Source: Candidatus Zixiibacteriota bacterium (GTDB taxonomy: Bacteria > Zixibacteria > MSB-5A5 > GN15 > JAAZOE01). From it: DNA of 57,239 nucleotides. The stretch lies in assembly GCA_043819555.1 (NCBI GenBank), contig JBDREQ010000053.1, positions 1-57,239 of the forward strand, read 5' to 3'. The notes under the pieces were generated by a model. That model saw only the letters and a program-made list of their open reading frames with translations. It was not told the origin of the DNA and did not search any database. The translations under genes were made by a program, and so were the position numbers. Below are positions 1 to 9,406 of this stretch, piece after piece (position 1 is the stretch's first letter; the number at the start of each line of letters is the position of its first letter).

Positions 1-53
1 CCCAGTTCCAGAAGCGAGAGCTTCTGATTGATTAGTTTTTGTTGAGTAGTCAT
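1..53 (-). CDS. IS481-family transposase, N-terminal fragment (MTTQQKLINQKLSLLELG...)
   Basis: AAGGAG SD upstream of ATG at 53. The N-terminus resembles the 'K..LL.LA..LGNVS.AC' start of IS481/ISSod13-like transposases. Only about 18 codons are visible. Confidence 0.6.
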   Translation of the reverse strand, partial: MTTQQKLINQKLSLLEL

Positions 54-136
54 TTTATCTCCTTTCAACTCGTTTCTCAGAGATAAATGACTACTCGCCT
101 TTTATGCAAGTGTCAACTCAAGTCCGTCCTGTCACA
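1..136 (-). mobile_element. Left end of an IS481-family-like insertion sequence (truncated by window start)
   Basis: Minus strand begins TGTGACAGGACGGACTTGAGTTGACA (136..111), matching the TGT-terminated ends of IS481-family elements. An SD-led ORF follows, and the end abuts palindromic ATTAAT (137-142). Confidence 0.7.
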
Positions 137-137
137 A

Positions 138-1325
138 TTAATGAATATGTTTTTCCAAAACATCAAGATATTTATACTCGCTGCCGGTCACAAATATCAC
201 AATCCTATCAGTTTTCTTTACAAAGTTCTCTACAAGCAGTTGCCTCAATGCGGCAAGGCACGCCCCCCCCTCAGGTGATGAAAAAATCCCCTCCTTTTTG
301 GCCAGACTGATAGTTCCCGCCATAATGTTTTCATCAGATACGGCTATTGCCGTACCGTTGCTTTCACGAACCGCCTCCAATATCAGAAAATCCCCTATTG
401 CTCCAGGTACTCGAAGACCAGCCGCAAGAGTCTGAGGGTTTTGCCATTCATCGGCAAAGTTCTTTCCTTCAGCAAAAGCTCTGGGAATGGGTGCACAGCC
501 TTTTGATTGAACTGCGATCATTTGGGGACGCTTTGAGCCAATCCAGCCCATTTTTTCCATCTCATCGAAAGCCTTCCACATTCCGATAAGGCCTGTTCCT
601 CCGCCGGTCGGATAAATTACTACTTCAGGAAGGTCCGATGCAAAATGCTCGGCCAGTTCATATCCCATTGTTTTCTTGCCTTCTATTCGATAAGGCTCCT
701 TCAAAGTCGCGATAGAGGACCAGTTTTCTTCTTTAACCAGCTGGGCGGCCCGAATTCCACAGTCTTTGATCGATCCTTCAACCTGCTCTATTTCAGCGCC
801 ATGATAAACCGCATCTACCAAAAATGGTGAGGGGACATCCATAGGCATGATTATTTTGCATTTTATTCCGGCTTTTGCCGAATAAGCAGCCAGGGCAGAG
901 CCGGCATTTCCGGCAGTTGGAATAATGACTTTGTCAATTCCAAGTTCTTTGGCGCGTGAAACAGCCATACCCAGACCGCGAGCCTTGAAAGATCCGGTAG
1001 GATTTACAGTTTCGTCTTTTAAATACAGAGCGTCAAGTCCTAGTTCATGGCCCAAATTCAACGCTGGTATCAAAGGCGTTCCCCCTTCTCCGAGATTAAT
1101 TATATTTAGGCTGTCCTGAACTGGCAGCATTTCTTGAAATCGCCACATGTCATTATTACGTTCCTTGAGCATTGATGGCCTTAGAAATTTTGCCGCTTTG
1201 TCACAATCATATTCAACCAGAAGCGGCGAACCGCACGGACAAAGATTTATAATCGTGTTAATTTCAAATTGTGATTTGCATTTTGGACAATGCAGATACT
1301 TCGCGGCTGAATTGGTTTGCGACAT
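138..1325 (-). CDS. thrC: Threonine synthase (PLP-dependent, N-terminal Zn ribbon)
   Basis: CPKC..CPCG N-terminus, LGEGGTPL, NPTGSFKARG PLP-lysine motif, PTAGNAG, YPTGGGTGLIG. Confidence 0.9.
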   Translation of the reverse strand: MSQTNSAAKYLHCPKCKSQFEINTIINLCPCGSPLLVEYDCDKAAKFLRPSMLKERNNDMWRFQEMLPVQDSLNIINLGEGGTPLIPALNLGHELGLDALYLKDETVNPTGSFKARGLGMAVSRAKELGIDKVIIPTAGNAGSALAAYSAKAGIKCKIIMPMDVPSPFLVDAVYHGAEIEQVEGSIKDCGIRAAQLVKEENWSSIATLKEPYRIEGKKTMGYELAEHFASDLPEVVIYPTGGGTGLIGMWKAFDEMEKMGWIGSKRPQMIAVQSKGCAPIPRAFAEGKNFADEWQNPQTLAAGLRVPGAIGDFLILEAVRESNGTAIAVSDENIMAGTISLAKKEGIFSSPEGGACLAALRQLLVENFVKKTDRIVIFVTGSEYKYLDVLEKHIH

Positions 1326-1389
1326 CTGGACCTCTGGCTTTAGTTAGACAATATGGTTTTGTTGGTTAAAGTTTAAATGGTTTAATTAG

Positions 1390-1417
1390 AAAAGGGAAGG
1401 AATAATTCCCTCCCTTT
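1390..1417 (-). terminator. Probable intrinsic terminator after the M16 peptidase
   Basis: AAAGGGAAGGAAT-A-ATTCCCTCCCTTT imperfect hairpin with T-run on the minus strand. Confidence 0.55.
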
Positions 1418-1435
1418 ATGGTTCAATAATCTCAA

Positions 1436-4147
1436 TTAGAGGGCAATAACTTCACCAAGGTTAAGTTCTTTAAGACCTTCTGAAATTTTTTCTCTATCTC
1501 CGACGACAACAATAATCAATTTATCCGGGTGGATATATTTTTTTGCAAGCGAATTGGCAAAATCCAGAGTAATCTCCTCAACCCGTTGATTATAGGTCTT
1601 CCATGAGTCGAGAGGAAGGTTGTAGGTTATCAGGCTTTGGAGCCGGCGGGTTATACCCCGCAAAGATTCAAATCCCTGGGGATAACTTTTAATGCTGCCC
1701 TGCTTACTATCGGCGAGTTCATCTTCCGAGAGGGGAAGAGCTCCAATTATATCGGTTATTTCTTTTACCATTTCAAAAACCGATTCTTTAGTATATTGGG
1801 AATGTACCTGGGTTGAAGCGGTAAATAAACCGGATACCGGGTTAATATTAAATCCGGATCGGGCGCCATAGGTATAGCCTTTATCCTCCCGAAGATTCAT
1901 GTTGATACGACTGGTAAACTGTCCGCCCAAAGGGCGATTTAGTATATTGATTGGGGTTAGCAATTCAAAATCATTTAGTTCTATCGCATTACCAATGACG
2001 ATTGCCGACTGAGCCGCCCCCGGTTTATCGACAATGTATATTTTTGTTTCATTGATAGTATTTGTAGCAGGCATTTCGGTCACCGAAGCGCTTCCCTTTT
2101 TCCAATCCTTAAGTACTGCATTGAGCTGCTTTTGGGCTTCCTGCATGCTAATATTACCGGCAATGACAATGGTTGCCGCGTCTGCGGTAAAGAAATCATT
2201 ATAAAAATTAACAATATCATCGCGGGTAATATTCTCCAGAGTTTCTTCAGTTCCGGTTCCCGAACCCGGCTGGCCGAAAGGATGCGATTCGCCGTACATC
2301 AATTTGGCAAAAGTATCATTGGCTACGGTCGTCGGTCGCGATTTTGATTGTTTGATCCTGCCAAGGTAACTCTTCTTTTTGCGCGCCACTTCATCTTCGG
2401 GGAATGTAGGATTTAAAATTATATCGGCCATCAGGTCAAGGGCTGGTGTAAGATTCTTTTTGAGAACATTGAGTGAAACCGTCGTGCTGGTCTCACCGCT
2501 TCTGGATCCCAAATCGGCGGCCAGCATATTTGTTTCATCGCTGATCTGCAAAGAAGTCCGAGTACTCGTCCCTTCATCCCATAAATCGGCGGTTAAACTG
2601 GCCAGACCAAATTTGTCGGCGGGATCGAGATTCTGGCCTCGATCAAGAGAGACAGTCATCTGAATTAATGGGAGTCGATTATCTTCAACCAGATAAACCT
2701 TGATACCATTAGAGAGTTCGCCCGTCTGGATTTCTGGAGGAGTGAACGATATTTCACCATCGGGTCCGGGATGGGTCGAGCGATCAGGGAGTATCTCGGC
2801 CGCTGTAAGGTCTCCCTGCGGGATTATATGTAAAACGGCACGATTGTCAAATCCGATATATTTCCGGGCGGCTTTGTTGACGCCCTCGACTGTAGCATTG
2901 ATGTAACGATCCATATCGAATTGAAGCTTATCGGGCGAACCCAGCATTACATTGTATGAATTCAGCGCATTCGCCCTGCCGCCAAATCCTCCTACGCTTT
3001 CAAGATTTCTAATAAAACCGGCCTCAAATGATATTTGCGCTTGTTTTAATTCATCTGCGGTAATGCCCTCTTCAAGCAAGATTTGTAGTTCTTCATCAAT
3101 GGCCTGTTCAAGTTCATCCAGAGAGTATCCTGCCCGTGCCGTTGCAGTGATTTCAAAAGTACTGCCAAGCGCGCGAGAGGACTGATAAGCTCTGATATCC
3201 TGTGCGATTTGTTTCTCGTAAACTAATGATTTATATAGCCGTGAATTTCGACCACGACTTAAAGCTGAACCGATAACATCCAATTCGGCATCATCGGGGG
3301 CATAATGGGGAGGAGTGTGCCAGGCAAGATATAAGCGGGGAAGTTGAACCTTATCTTCATACACGGTTCTCTTTTCTCCATCAAGCCCAGGTATTGATAA
3401 TTTCAGGCGTTCTATCGGTGGACCGGGGGGGATTGGGGCAAAATACTTCTCAACCAGCGCCTTGGCCTTATCCTGATCGAAATCTCCCGCAATACATAGC
3501 GAGGCGTTATTGGGGACATAATACATTCTGAAGAATTCTTTGGCATCTTCTAAGGCTGCAGACGACAAGTCCTCCAGACTTCCGATAACCGTCCAGGAAT
3601 AGGAATGGCCGTGCGGGAAAAGCATACCGGACATTATTTCATCCGCTCTTCCGTAAGGCTGATTATCAACACCCTGACGTTTTTCATTCTTAACAACGTC
3701 TTTTTGGGTATCCATACGCTCTTGAGTTAAGGCGTCGAGCAGATATCCCATGCGATCAGATTCCATTGCAAGGGCCAATTCCAGATAATTGCTGGGAACA
3801 TTTTCCCAATAATTCGTGCGGTCGTTTGATGTTGAACCATTGACGGCTCCGCCGATAGCCTGCAGTGGTTCGAAATATTCACCGTCAAATTGAGGGCTGC
3901 CCTGAAACATTAAGTGTTCAAAGAGATGGGCAAAACCTGTCCGACCCGGTTTTTCATTTTTCGATCCGACATTATACCAAATGTTAACCGATACCATTGG
4001 GATGGTATGATCCTCATGAAGGATCACATCGAGCCCGTTGGGCAGGGTATACTTATCAAATTTTAATTCCGGCGTATCACCGCCGAACACTGGAATTGAA
4101 AGCAACATAGAAATAATAATTAATGCTGAGAACTTAAACTTTACCAT
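1436..4147 (-). CDS. Exported M16 (insulinase/pitrilysin) zinc peptidase, fused two-module form
   Basis: Signal peptide, GFAHLFEHLMF (HxxEH), NGSTSNDRTNY; second module lacks the Zn motif and has LREDKGYTYG. Confidence 0.92.
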   Translation of the reverse strand: MVKFKFSALIIISMLLSIPVFGGDTPELKFDKYTLPNGLDVILHEDHTIPMVSVNIWYNVGSKNEKPGRTGFAHLFEHLMFQGSPQFDGEYFEPLQAIGGAVNGSTSNDRTNYWENVPSNYLELALAMESDRMGYLLDALTQERMDTQKDVVKNEKRQGVDNQPYGRADEIMSGMLFPHGHSYSWTVIGSLEDLSSAALEDAKEFFRMYYVPNNASLCIAGDFDQDKAKALVEKYFAPIPPGPPIERLKLSIPGLDGEKRTVYEDKVQLPRLYLAWHTPPHYAPDDAELDVIGSALSRGRNSRLYKSLVYEKQIAQDIRAYQSSRALGSTFEITATARAGYSLDELEQAIDEELQILLEEGITADELKQAQISFEAGFIRNLESVGGFGGRANALNSYNVMLGSPDKLQFDMDRYINATVEGVNKAARKYIGFDNRAVLHIIPQGDLTAAEILPDRSTHPGPDGEISFTPPEIQTGELSNGIKVYLVEDNRLPLIQMTVSLDRGQNLDPADKFGLASLTADLWDEGTSTRTSLQISDETNMLAADLGSRSGETSTTVSLNVLKKNLTPALDLMADIILNPTFPEDEVARKKKSYLGRIKQSKSRPTTVANDTFAKLMYGESHPFGQPGSGTGTEETLENITRDDIVNFYNDFFTADAATIVIAGNISMQEAQKQLNAVLKDWKKGSASVTEMPATNTINETKIYIVDKPGAAQSAIVIGNAIELNDFELLTPINILNRPLGGQFTSRINMNLREDKGYTYGARSGFNINPVSGLFTASTQVHSQYTKESVFEMVKEITDIIGALPLSEDELADSKQGSIKSYPQGFESLRGITRRLQSLITYNLPLDSWKTYNQRVEEITLDFANSLAKKYIHPDKLIIVVVGDREKISEGLKELNLGEVIAL

Positions 4148-4351
4148 GATGACTCCTTGCCATTAAAACAATTCTTTTGTAAATGGGTTTGACTTCTATT
4201 TACAGAAATGTTCATAAATTAGTTTTGTCAACTGCTTTGTATCATATACCGTACAAATCAATCAAATATCTAAAAAAGAAGGTAGCGAATTATCGGTAAT
4301 TTGGCAATGGGAATATGGGGAACTTTTGGTGGGTTTTAGGGCTAATTAAAA

Positions 4352-4425
4352 TACCCCCGACAGGACTCGAACCTGTTACCCTCTGCTTAGAAGGCAGATG
4401 CTCTATCCGCATGAGCTACGGGGGC
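4352..4425 (-). tRNA. tRNA-Arg (anticodon TCT), CCA not encoded
   Basis: GCCCCCGTAGCTCATGCGGATAGAGCA-TCTGC-CTTCTAA-GCAGA-...GGTTCGAGTCC...GGGGGTA cloverleaf; upstream TTGAAT-N17-TATTAT promoter. Confidence 0.95.
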
Positions 4426-4563
4426 ATATAGCTGCCGTAATAATACTAAATTTAGTAGGAGCATTCAAGAAATAATTGAACCGGATTTTCAAGAGAGAAA
4501 ATGGATTCAACTATGGGAAAGTAATAAAATCCCAATTTAATATGGGAACAATTAAATCTTCAT

Positions 4564-6489
4564 TCAGGCAATTTCAGCTGTGGCGGTTTTTGAATCAATT
4601 TCATTTCTTACTGCATGAGCAATAGTTTTCAGGGTAAGAGGTTTCCTTATAAAGGCCCCGGCGCCTAAGTCGATAGCTTTTCTAACCCGCTCGCTTTCGG
4701 CGTAGCCCGAAACAATTATCGATTTTTGATGCGGATTAATCTCAAGGATTTTTTCAAGAGTCTCAGTGCCGTCCATTCCGTTTGGCATGATCATATCCAA
4801 TATCACCAAATCCGGTTTAATATCAGGAACATTTTTTACAGCTTCTTTGCCGCAGTCCACTGAAAACACTTCATAACCCAATTTTCCAAGAAGGTAATTG
4901 GTGACTTCTCTCTGCATCGGATCATCATCAACGACCAGCATTTTTTCGCTTCCGCCGACTATTTGGTTTGTTGAAGGTTTATTTTTCGTTTTATCGGTTG
5001 GTTTAAAGTAGATATACATGGATGTGCCTTTCCCAATTTCACTGGTACAATCTATATATCCATTATGATCATCAATTACCGCATGGACAACGCTCAGTCC
5101 TAATCCAGAACCCCTTTTGCGATCTTGTGATTTGGTGGTAAAGAAAGGATCAAAAAATTTTGACAATACTTTATCCGGAATGCCTGTTCCCGTGTCAGAT
5201 ATTGTAATTTTGACGTATTGGCCTTTTGGAATTTTGTTAAAAATGCCATAATTATTCTGAACCACACAAAAGTTTTCACTTCTAATCTTTAAAGTACCAA
5301 TATCGTTCATAGCATCCCGGGCATTATAAATCAAATTGGTAATTACCCTGTTTATTTGGGCAGGACCTCCCAGGACGTTCATCAAATCATCTGGCAAGTC
5401 CACTTCAATGTTTAAAGTATCTGGTATATCCTGTACCTCATCCAAAGTCTGAAGTATCAGAGAATTTATGTTTAGAGGTTCCTGGTTGTAATGACCGCGC
5501 CGGCCAAGAGATAGAAGTTGCTGATTTATCTCAGAGATTTTTAAGGCGGAATTTTTCATGGTTTCAAGGTATTGCAATAAGGGGCTGTCCGCAGGAAGAT
5601 TTTCAGCGATTAAATCCGGATATGCGACCAAAGGCGCCAGGATATTATTGAAATCATGCGCCACCTGCCCCGCAATTCTACCGGCCGTTTCCAATCTCTG
5701 GGCGCGAGCGGAGAATTCCTGCAACCTTTTTGTTTCTGTTATATCTCTCATAGTTGACATGATCGAATCAACAGTTCCGTCAGCCGAAAACTCAGGAATC
5801 AGCCTGATGTCAAAAACAAGCTTGCCATTCGAATTGCTGGTTTCGAATTCGACATGGACATCTTGATTGGTTTCCAGTACCAATTTTATATTATTTTCCC
5901 AAAAATCTGCTGCGGATTGAGGGAAATTTAAATCCTTATGCGTTTTACCTATAAATTTATTGGCAGCCATGCCATAGAAATGTTCAATCGCGGAATTGAC
6001 GTATAGATGACGGCATTTTTCATCAAATCTTGCAATAATATCCGGTGAATTCTCAGATAAAGCCCTGTATTTTTCTTCACTTTCCCAAAGCTCTTTGGCG
6101 GCCATCATACGATCAATAGAATAACGGATAGATCTTTCAAGTTGAGGCCCTTCGATTTTGCTTTTTAACAAATAGTCCGACGCCCCGGCTTTGACAGCCT
6201 GATGATCCACATCATCATCACCCTGCCCGGTTAACAAAATTAGGGGGAGAATACAGCCGCGGCGGCGAGCTTCGCTGACCAAATCAAGGCCGCAATATTC
6301 GCCGAGATAATAATCGATTAAGTAAACATCATGAGAGTGTTTAGCAACCGAATCAAAAAATTCATCCGGCTGAGAAGTCCATTCAACGACGAACTCGACA
6401 TTTTTTATTTCCTTCAATATTTCCCGGCATAAAATAAAATCATCTTGATCATCATCGACTATCAAAAGTCTGAAAGCGCCACATTCCAT
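4564..6489 (-). CDS. Hybrid sensor kinase REC-PAS-HisKA-HATPase-REC
   Basis: N-terminal LLIVDDD receiver, PAS (ENSPDIIARFD), VAHDFNN H-box, DPFFTTK and GSGLGL, C-terminal receiver LDMIMP. Confidence 0.93.
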   Translation of the reverse strand: MECGAFRLLIVDDDQDDFILCREILKEIKNVEFVVEWTSQPDEFFDSVAKHSHDVYLIDYYLGEYCGLDLVSEARRRGCILPLILLTGQGDDDVDHQAVKAGASDYLLKSKIEGPQLERSIRYSIDRMMAAKELWESEEKYRALSENSPDIIARFDEKCRHLYVNSAIEHFYGMAANKFIGKTHKDLNFPQSAADFWENNIKLVLETNQDVHVEFETSNSNGKLVFDIRLIPEFSADGTVDSIMSTMRDITETKRLQEFSARAQRLETAGRIAGQVAHDFNNILAPLVAYPDLIAENLPADSPLLQYLETMKNSALKISEINQQLLSLGRRGHYNQEPLNINSLILQTLDEVQDIPDTLNIEVDLPDDLMNVLGGPAQINRVITNLIYNARDAMNDIGTLKIRSENFCVVQNNYGIFNKIPKGQYVKITISDTGTGIPDKVLSKFFDPFFTTKSQDRKRGSGLGLSVVHAVIDDHNGYIDCTSEIGKGTSMYIYFKPTDKTKNKPSTNQIVGGSEKMLVVDDDPMQREVTNYLLGKLGYEVFSVDCGKEAVKNVPDIKPDLVILDMIMPNGMDGTETLEKILEINPHQKSIIVSGYAESERVRKAIDLGAGAFIRKPLTLKTIAHAVRNEIDSKTATAEIA

Positions 6490-6490
6490 T

Positions 6491-6952
6491 TTATACTCCA
6501 GTCAAACACGTTGGCAAATCTACGATCTCAAACCAATAGCGGCTCAAGGTTTTCATTATATCTACTAATGATTCAAACGAAACCGGTTTGGTGATAAATG
6601 AATTAACGCCCAAATCATAGGTCCTTAATATGTCCTCTTCAGCCTTGGAAGTTGTAAGTACTACAATTGGAATTAGACGCAATTTGGGATTAGATTTAAT
6701 TTCCTTAAGCGCCTCTCTGCCGTCCTTTTTCGGCATATTTAGGTCAAGTAAGATTAATCCCGGCAAATTATCTGGCGAACGGTCGCTAAATTCATTGCGG
6801 CAGTTTAGATAATTCATCAGTTGTTCGCCATCTTCAACAATCACCAGTTCATTGCAGAGACGGTTATCTTCCAGGGCTTCCCGAGCCATTAAGGCATCAT
6901 CAGGATCATCCTCAGCCAGCAAGATGGTAATCGGTCTCGAATTGGCTTTCAT
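6491..6952 (-). CDS. Single-domain response regulator (Rcp1-like)
   Basis: ILLAEDDPDD, LLDLNMPKKDG, PIVVLTTS, YDLGVNSFITKP..YW. Confidence 0.92.
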   Translation of the reverse strand: MKANSRPITILLAEDDPDDALMAREALEDNRLCNELVIVEDGEQLMNYLNCRNEFSDRSPDNLPGLILLDLNMPKKDGREALKEIKSNPKLRLIPIVVLTTSKAEEDILRTYDLGVNSFITKPVSFESLVDIMKTLSRYWFEIVDLPTCLTGV

Positions 6953-8822
6953 TATCAGTATCTCCCTTCTTTATTTGTTTGGGTAAAGATATTATGAATT
7001 TCGCGCCTTTTCCCGGATGACTCTTAACGACAATGCTGCCGCCGTGCCGCTCGATTATTTTTCGGCAAATTGCCAGCCCGATTCCGGTTCCTTCATATTC
7101 GTCCCGCCCATGCAATCTCTGAAATATAGTAAAGATTCTATCCGAGTATTTTTGATCGAAACCGATACCATTATCTTCAATTACAATGCGGCACATACTT
7201 GAATTTGGATCCTTTGCGCATTCCTTGTCATCCGCGGCCGGCGAATATATTTTCACATGCGGTGCAACGCCAGGTTTATGGAATTTTAGCGCGTTTCCAA
7301 CCAGATTTTGTATTAATTGACGCATCTGAAGGGCGTCAGTTGTTACGACCGGTAAATCGCCCACCGTTACAAAGGCATTTAATTCTTCGATTCGAATTTC
7401 CAAATCGGAAAGTACTTCGGCGACTATTTTATTGAGATCCGTAGGGGTAGGCGGAAGCGCTTTGGTTGTTACTCTTGAAAAGGCCAATAAATCATCGATT
7501 AGCGTTTGCATGCGGTCAGCAGCATTTTGTATTCGCTTAAGATAATCACTTGCCTTCTCAGGTATGCTTTCACCTAAGGCAGTATTTAATCTATCTCCAA
7601 ATGCTCTGACTTTCCTCAGAGGCTCCTGTAAATCATGAGAAGCTATCGAAGCGAAATCCTGTAACTCCTTATTACTTCTCTCCAGGCGAACCGCAAAATC
7701 CTTTAATTTGTTTTCTGCTTTGATTTTTTCAGTAACTTCCCGGCAATTTACGACAATCCCATTTAGATCCTCAATATGTGGTAAATAGGTTGCCGCGCCT
7801 TCAAGATATAACCAGCATCCATTTTTGTGGTGAATTCTAAATGCGGGAAGACTGACAGTTATTCCGGGGTTATCAATAGAATCCTTTATGGCGACTTTAT
7901 ACTCATTGCAATCTAATGGATGTATCCATTTCTCTAATGTGTTCCTGGACAGATCTTGCTGTGATAAACCCAGTATTTTTTCCACCGAAGGACTGCAATA
8001 ACCGGTAATGCCATTGTCAGAAATTACAATAGTCAAATCTGTCGTGTTCTCAGTCATTGCCCGGAAATATTCTTCACTTTTTGAAAGAGCTTCCATGGCG
8101 CGGTCGCGCTCCTGACGACCCGATTCTATTTGATCGAGCATTTCATTAAAACCATTATAAAGAGAACCGATCTCGTCATTGCTTGATTTTTCGGCCCGTA
8201 TCGAATAGTCTTCCTTAATTGATATTTCCTTCGCTATTTTTGATAATTTTATAATGGGCGTGGAAATGATGGACTGCAATTTCCTTGCCAGAAAATAAGA
8301 TATGATAATAAGAATGGTCACGAGTAGAAGTATGGTACCAAGATAGCTTCTTATTTTGCTATCCATAACCTCCTCTGAAGCGACAATGTACAAATAACCA
8401 TAATTTTTATTTTCATGAATGATGGGTTTAATTAAGTGAAGATGATCCGAATAAAATTGCGTCACATCACCAGATTCTATGTATTCATAGTTAAGATAAG
8501 GATCATAATTATCGCTTCGATATATTGCAAATTCATTTCGATTCACGTCAAATAATGCGGCGTATTCAATCCAGTGTATGGTCGAATAGTTCTTCAGGAT
8601 ATCTTCGGCACCAGAATGATCATTGAATGCCAGAGCGGCGATGCAAGTGTTGCCGATTATGGTAGCGTTTAACTGGACATCTTCGATTAATTCCACCTTG
8701 TACGAAATCAAATCGGAAATAATGATATAAGTAAACCCGATAACAAGCACCAACAAAGACACCGAGAATATAATAAGAGTCAGTTTACTCTTAATGGTTA
8801 AATCCGAGAAGACTTTATTCAT
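6912..8822 (-). CDS. Membrane sensor histidine kinase (periplasmic CHASE8-like, HAMP, PAS, HisKA, HATPase)
   Basis: Two TM segments, HAMP (DEIGSLYNGFNEML), PAS, FASIASHDLQEPLR, FQRLH...GTGIGLAIC. Start 8822 chosen for GAGG SD and overlap with the yfiR stop. Confidence 0.9.
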   Translation of the reverse strand: MNKVFSDLTIKSKLTLIIFSVSLLVLVIGFTYIIISDLISYKVELIEDVQLNATIIGNTCIAALAFNDHSGAEDILKNYSTIHWIEYAALFDVNRNEFAIYRSDNYDPYLNYEYIESGDVTQFYSDHLHLIKPIIHENKNYGYLYIVASEEVMDSKIRSYLGTILLLVTILIIISYFLARKLQSIISTPIIKLSKIAKEISIKEDYSIRAEKSSNDEIGSLYNGFNEMLDQIESGRQERDRAMEALSKSEEYFRAMTENTTDLTIVISDNGITGYCSPSVEKILGLSQQDLSRNTLEKWIHPLDCNEYKVAIKDSIDNPGITVSLPAFRIHHKNGCWLYLEGAATYLPHIEDLNGIVVNCREVTEKIKAENKLKDFAVRLERSNKELQDFASIASHDLQEPLRKVRAFGDRLNTALGESIPEKASDYLKRIQNAADRMQTLIDDLLAFSRVTTKALPPTPTDLNKIVAEVLSDLEIRIEELNAFVTVGDLPVVTTDALQMRQLIQNLVGNALKFHKPGVAPHVKIYSPAADDKECAKDPNSSMCRIVIEDNGIGFDQKYSDRIFTIFQRLHGRDEYEGTGIGLAICRKIIERHGGSIVVKSHPGKGAKFIISLPKQIKKGDTDNESQFETDYHLAG

Positions 8823-9366
8823 GTTTTTCCTCACAATGAATAATTTTCGCAACTGAATAAAGGTGATGACTAAAAATCAATTTGGAATTTTTCAAGGCAC
8901 ATTCATTAATTTCGAAACTGACTTTGTTCCCATGGTTGTAAAAATTTACCAAAACTCCTTTATCGCCAAATCCATTTGTGTCTCCGACCGTTAGGGCATT
9001 ATATTCCCCCGCAATGTCCAGTATTTCTTTCAGATGCTTTGTTTCCGATTTTGATATAAATAGAATATTGCACCTGCCAATCGACGCCGCAGTTGGGAAG
9101 TACATAATCTTTGTTTTCTCGTTTTTTATTTTACGATCCTTGTACAGTTCATCGAGTAAATCTCCAAATATGTTTTCACCCACGACACCAATTATGAAGG
9201 CGTTTGAACTGTCTTTTTCCAATGTAGAATCCGGCCATTCAATGAAATTGGCGATCTTTTCCAGAAATGTTGCCTTGATCATTTCTGTGGTTATGTTGCT
9301 GGCTGAGGCCATCGGGCCTGATATCATCAGGATTGCCAATGTGATAGCCGTTATTGCATATTTCAT
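8815..9366 (-). CDS. YfiR/DUF4154-family periplasmic protein
   Basis: Signal peptide, IKATFLEKIANFIEWP, CNILFIS, LTVGD, VSFEIN. Confidence 0.85.
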   Translation of the reverse strand: MKYAITAITLAILMISGPMASASNITTEMIKATFLEKIANFIEWPDSTLEKDSSNAFIIGVVGENIFGDLLDELYKDRKIKNEKTKIMYFPTAASIGRCNILFISKSETKHLKEILDIAGEYNALTVGDTNGFGDKGVLVNFYNHGNKVSFEINECALKNSKLIFSHHLYSVAKIIHCEEKHE

Positions 9367-9406
9367 CTCAACCTGACCCCTTCATATAAATTCCAAAATC
9401 CGGGAA

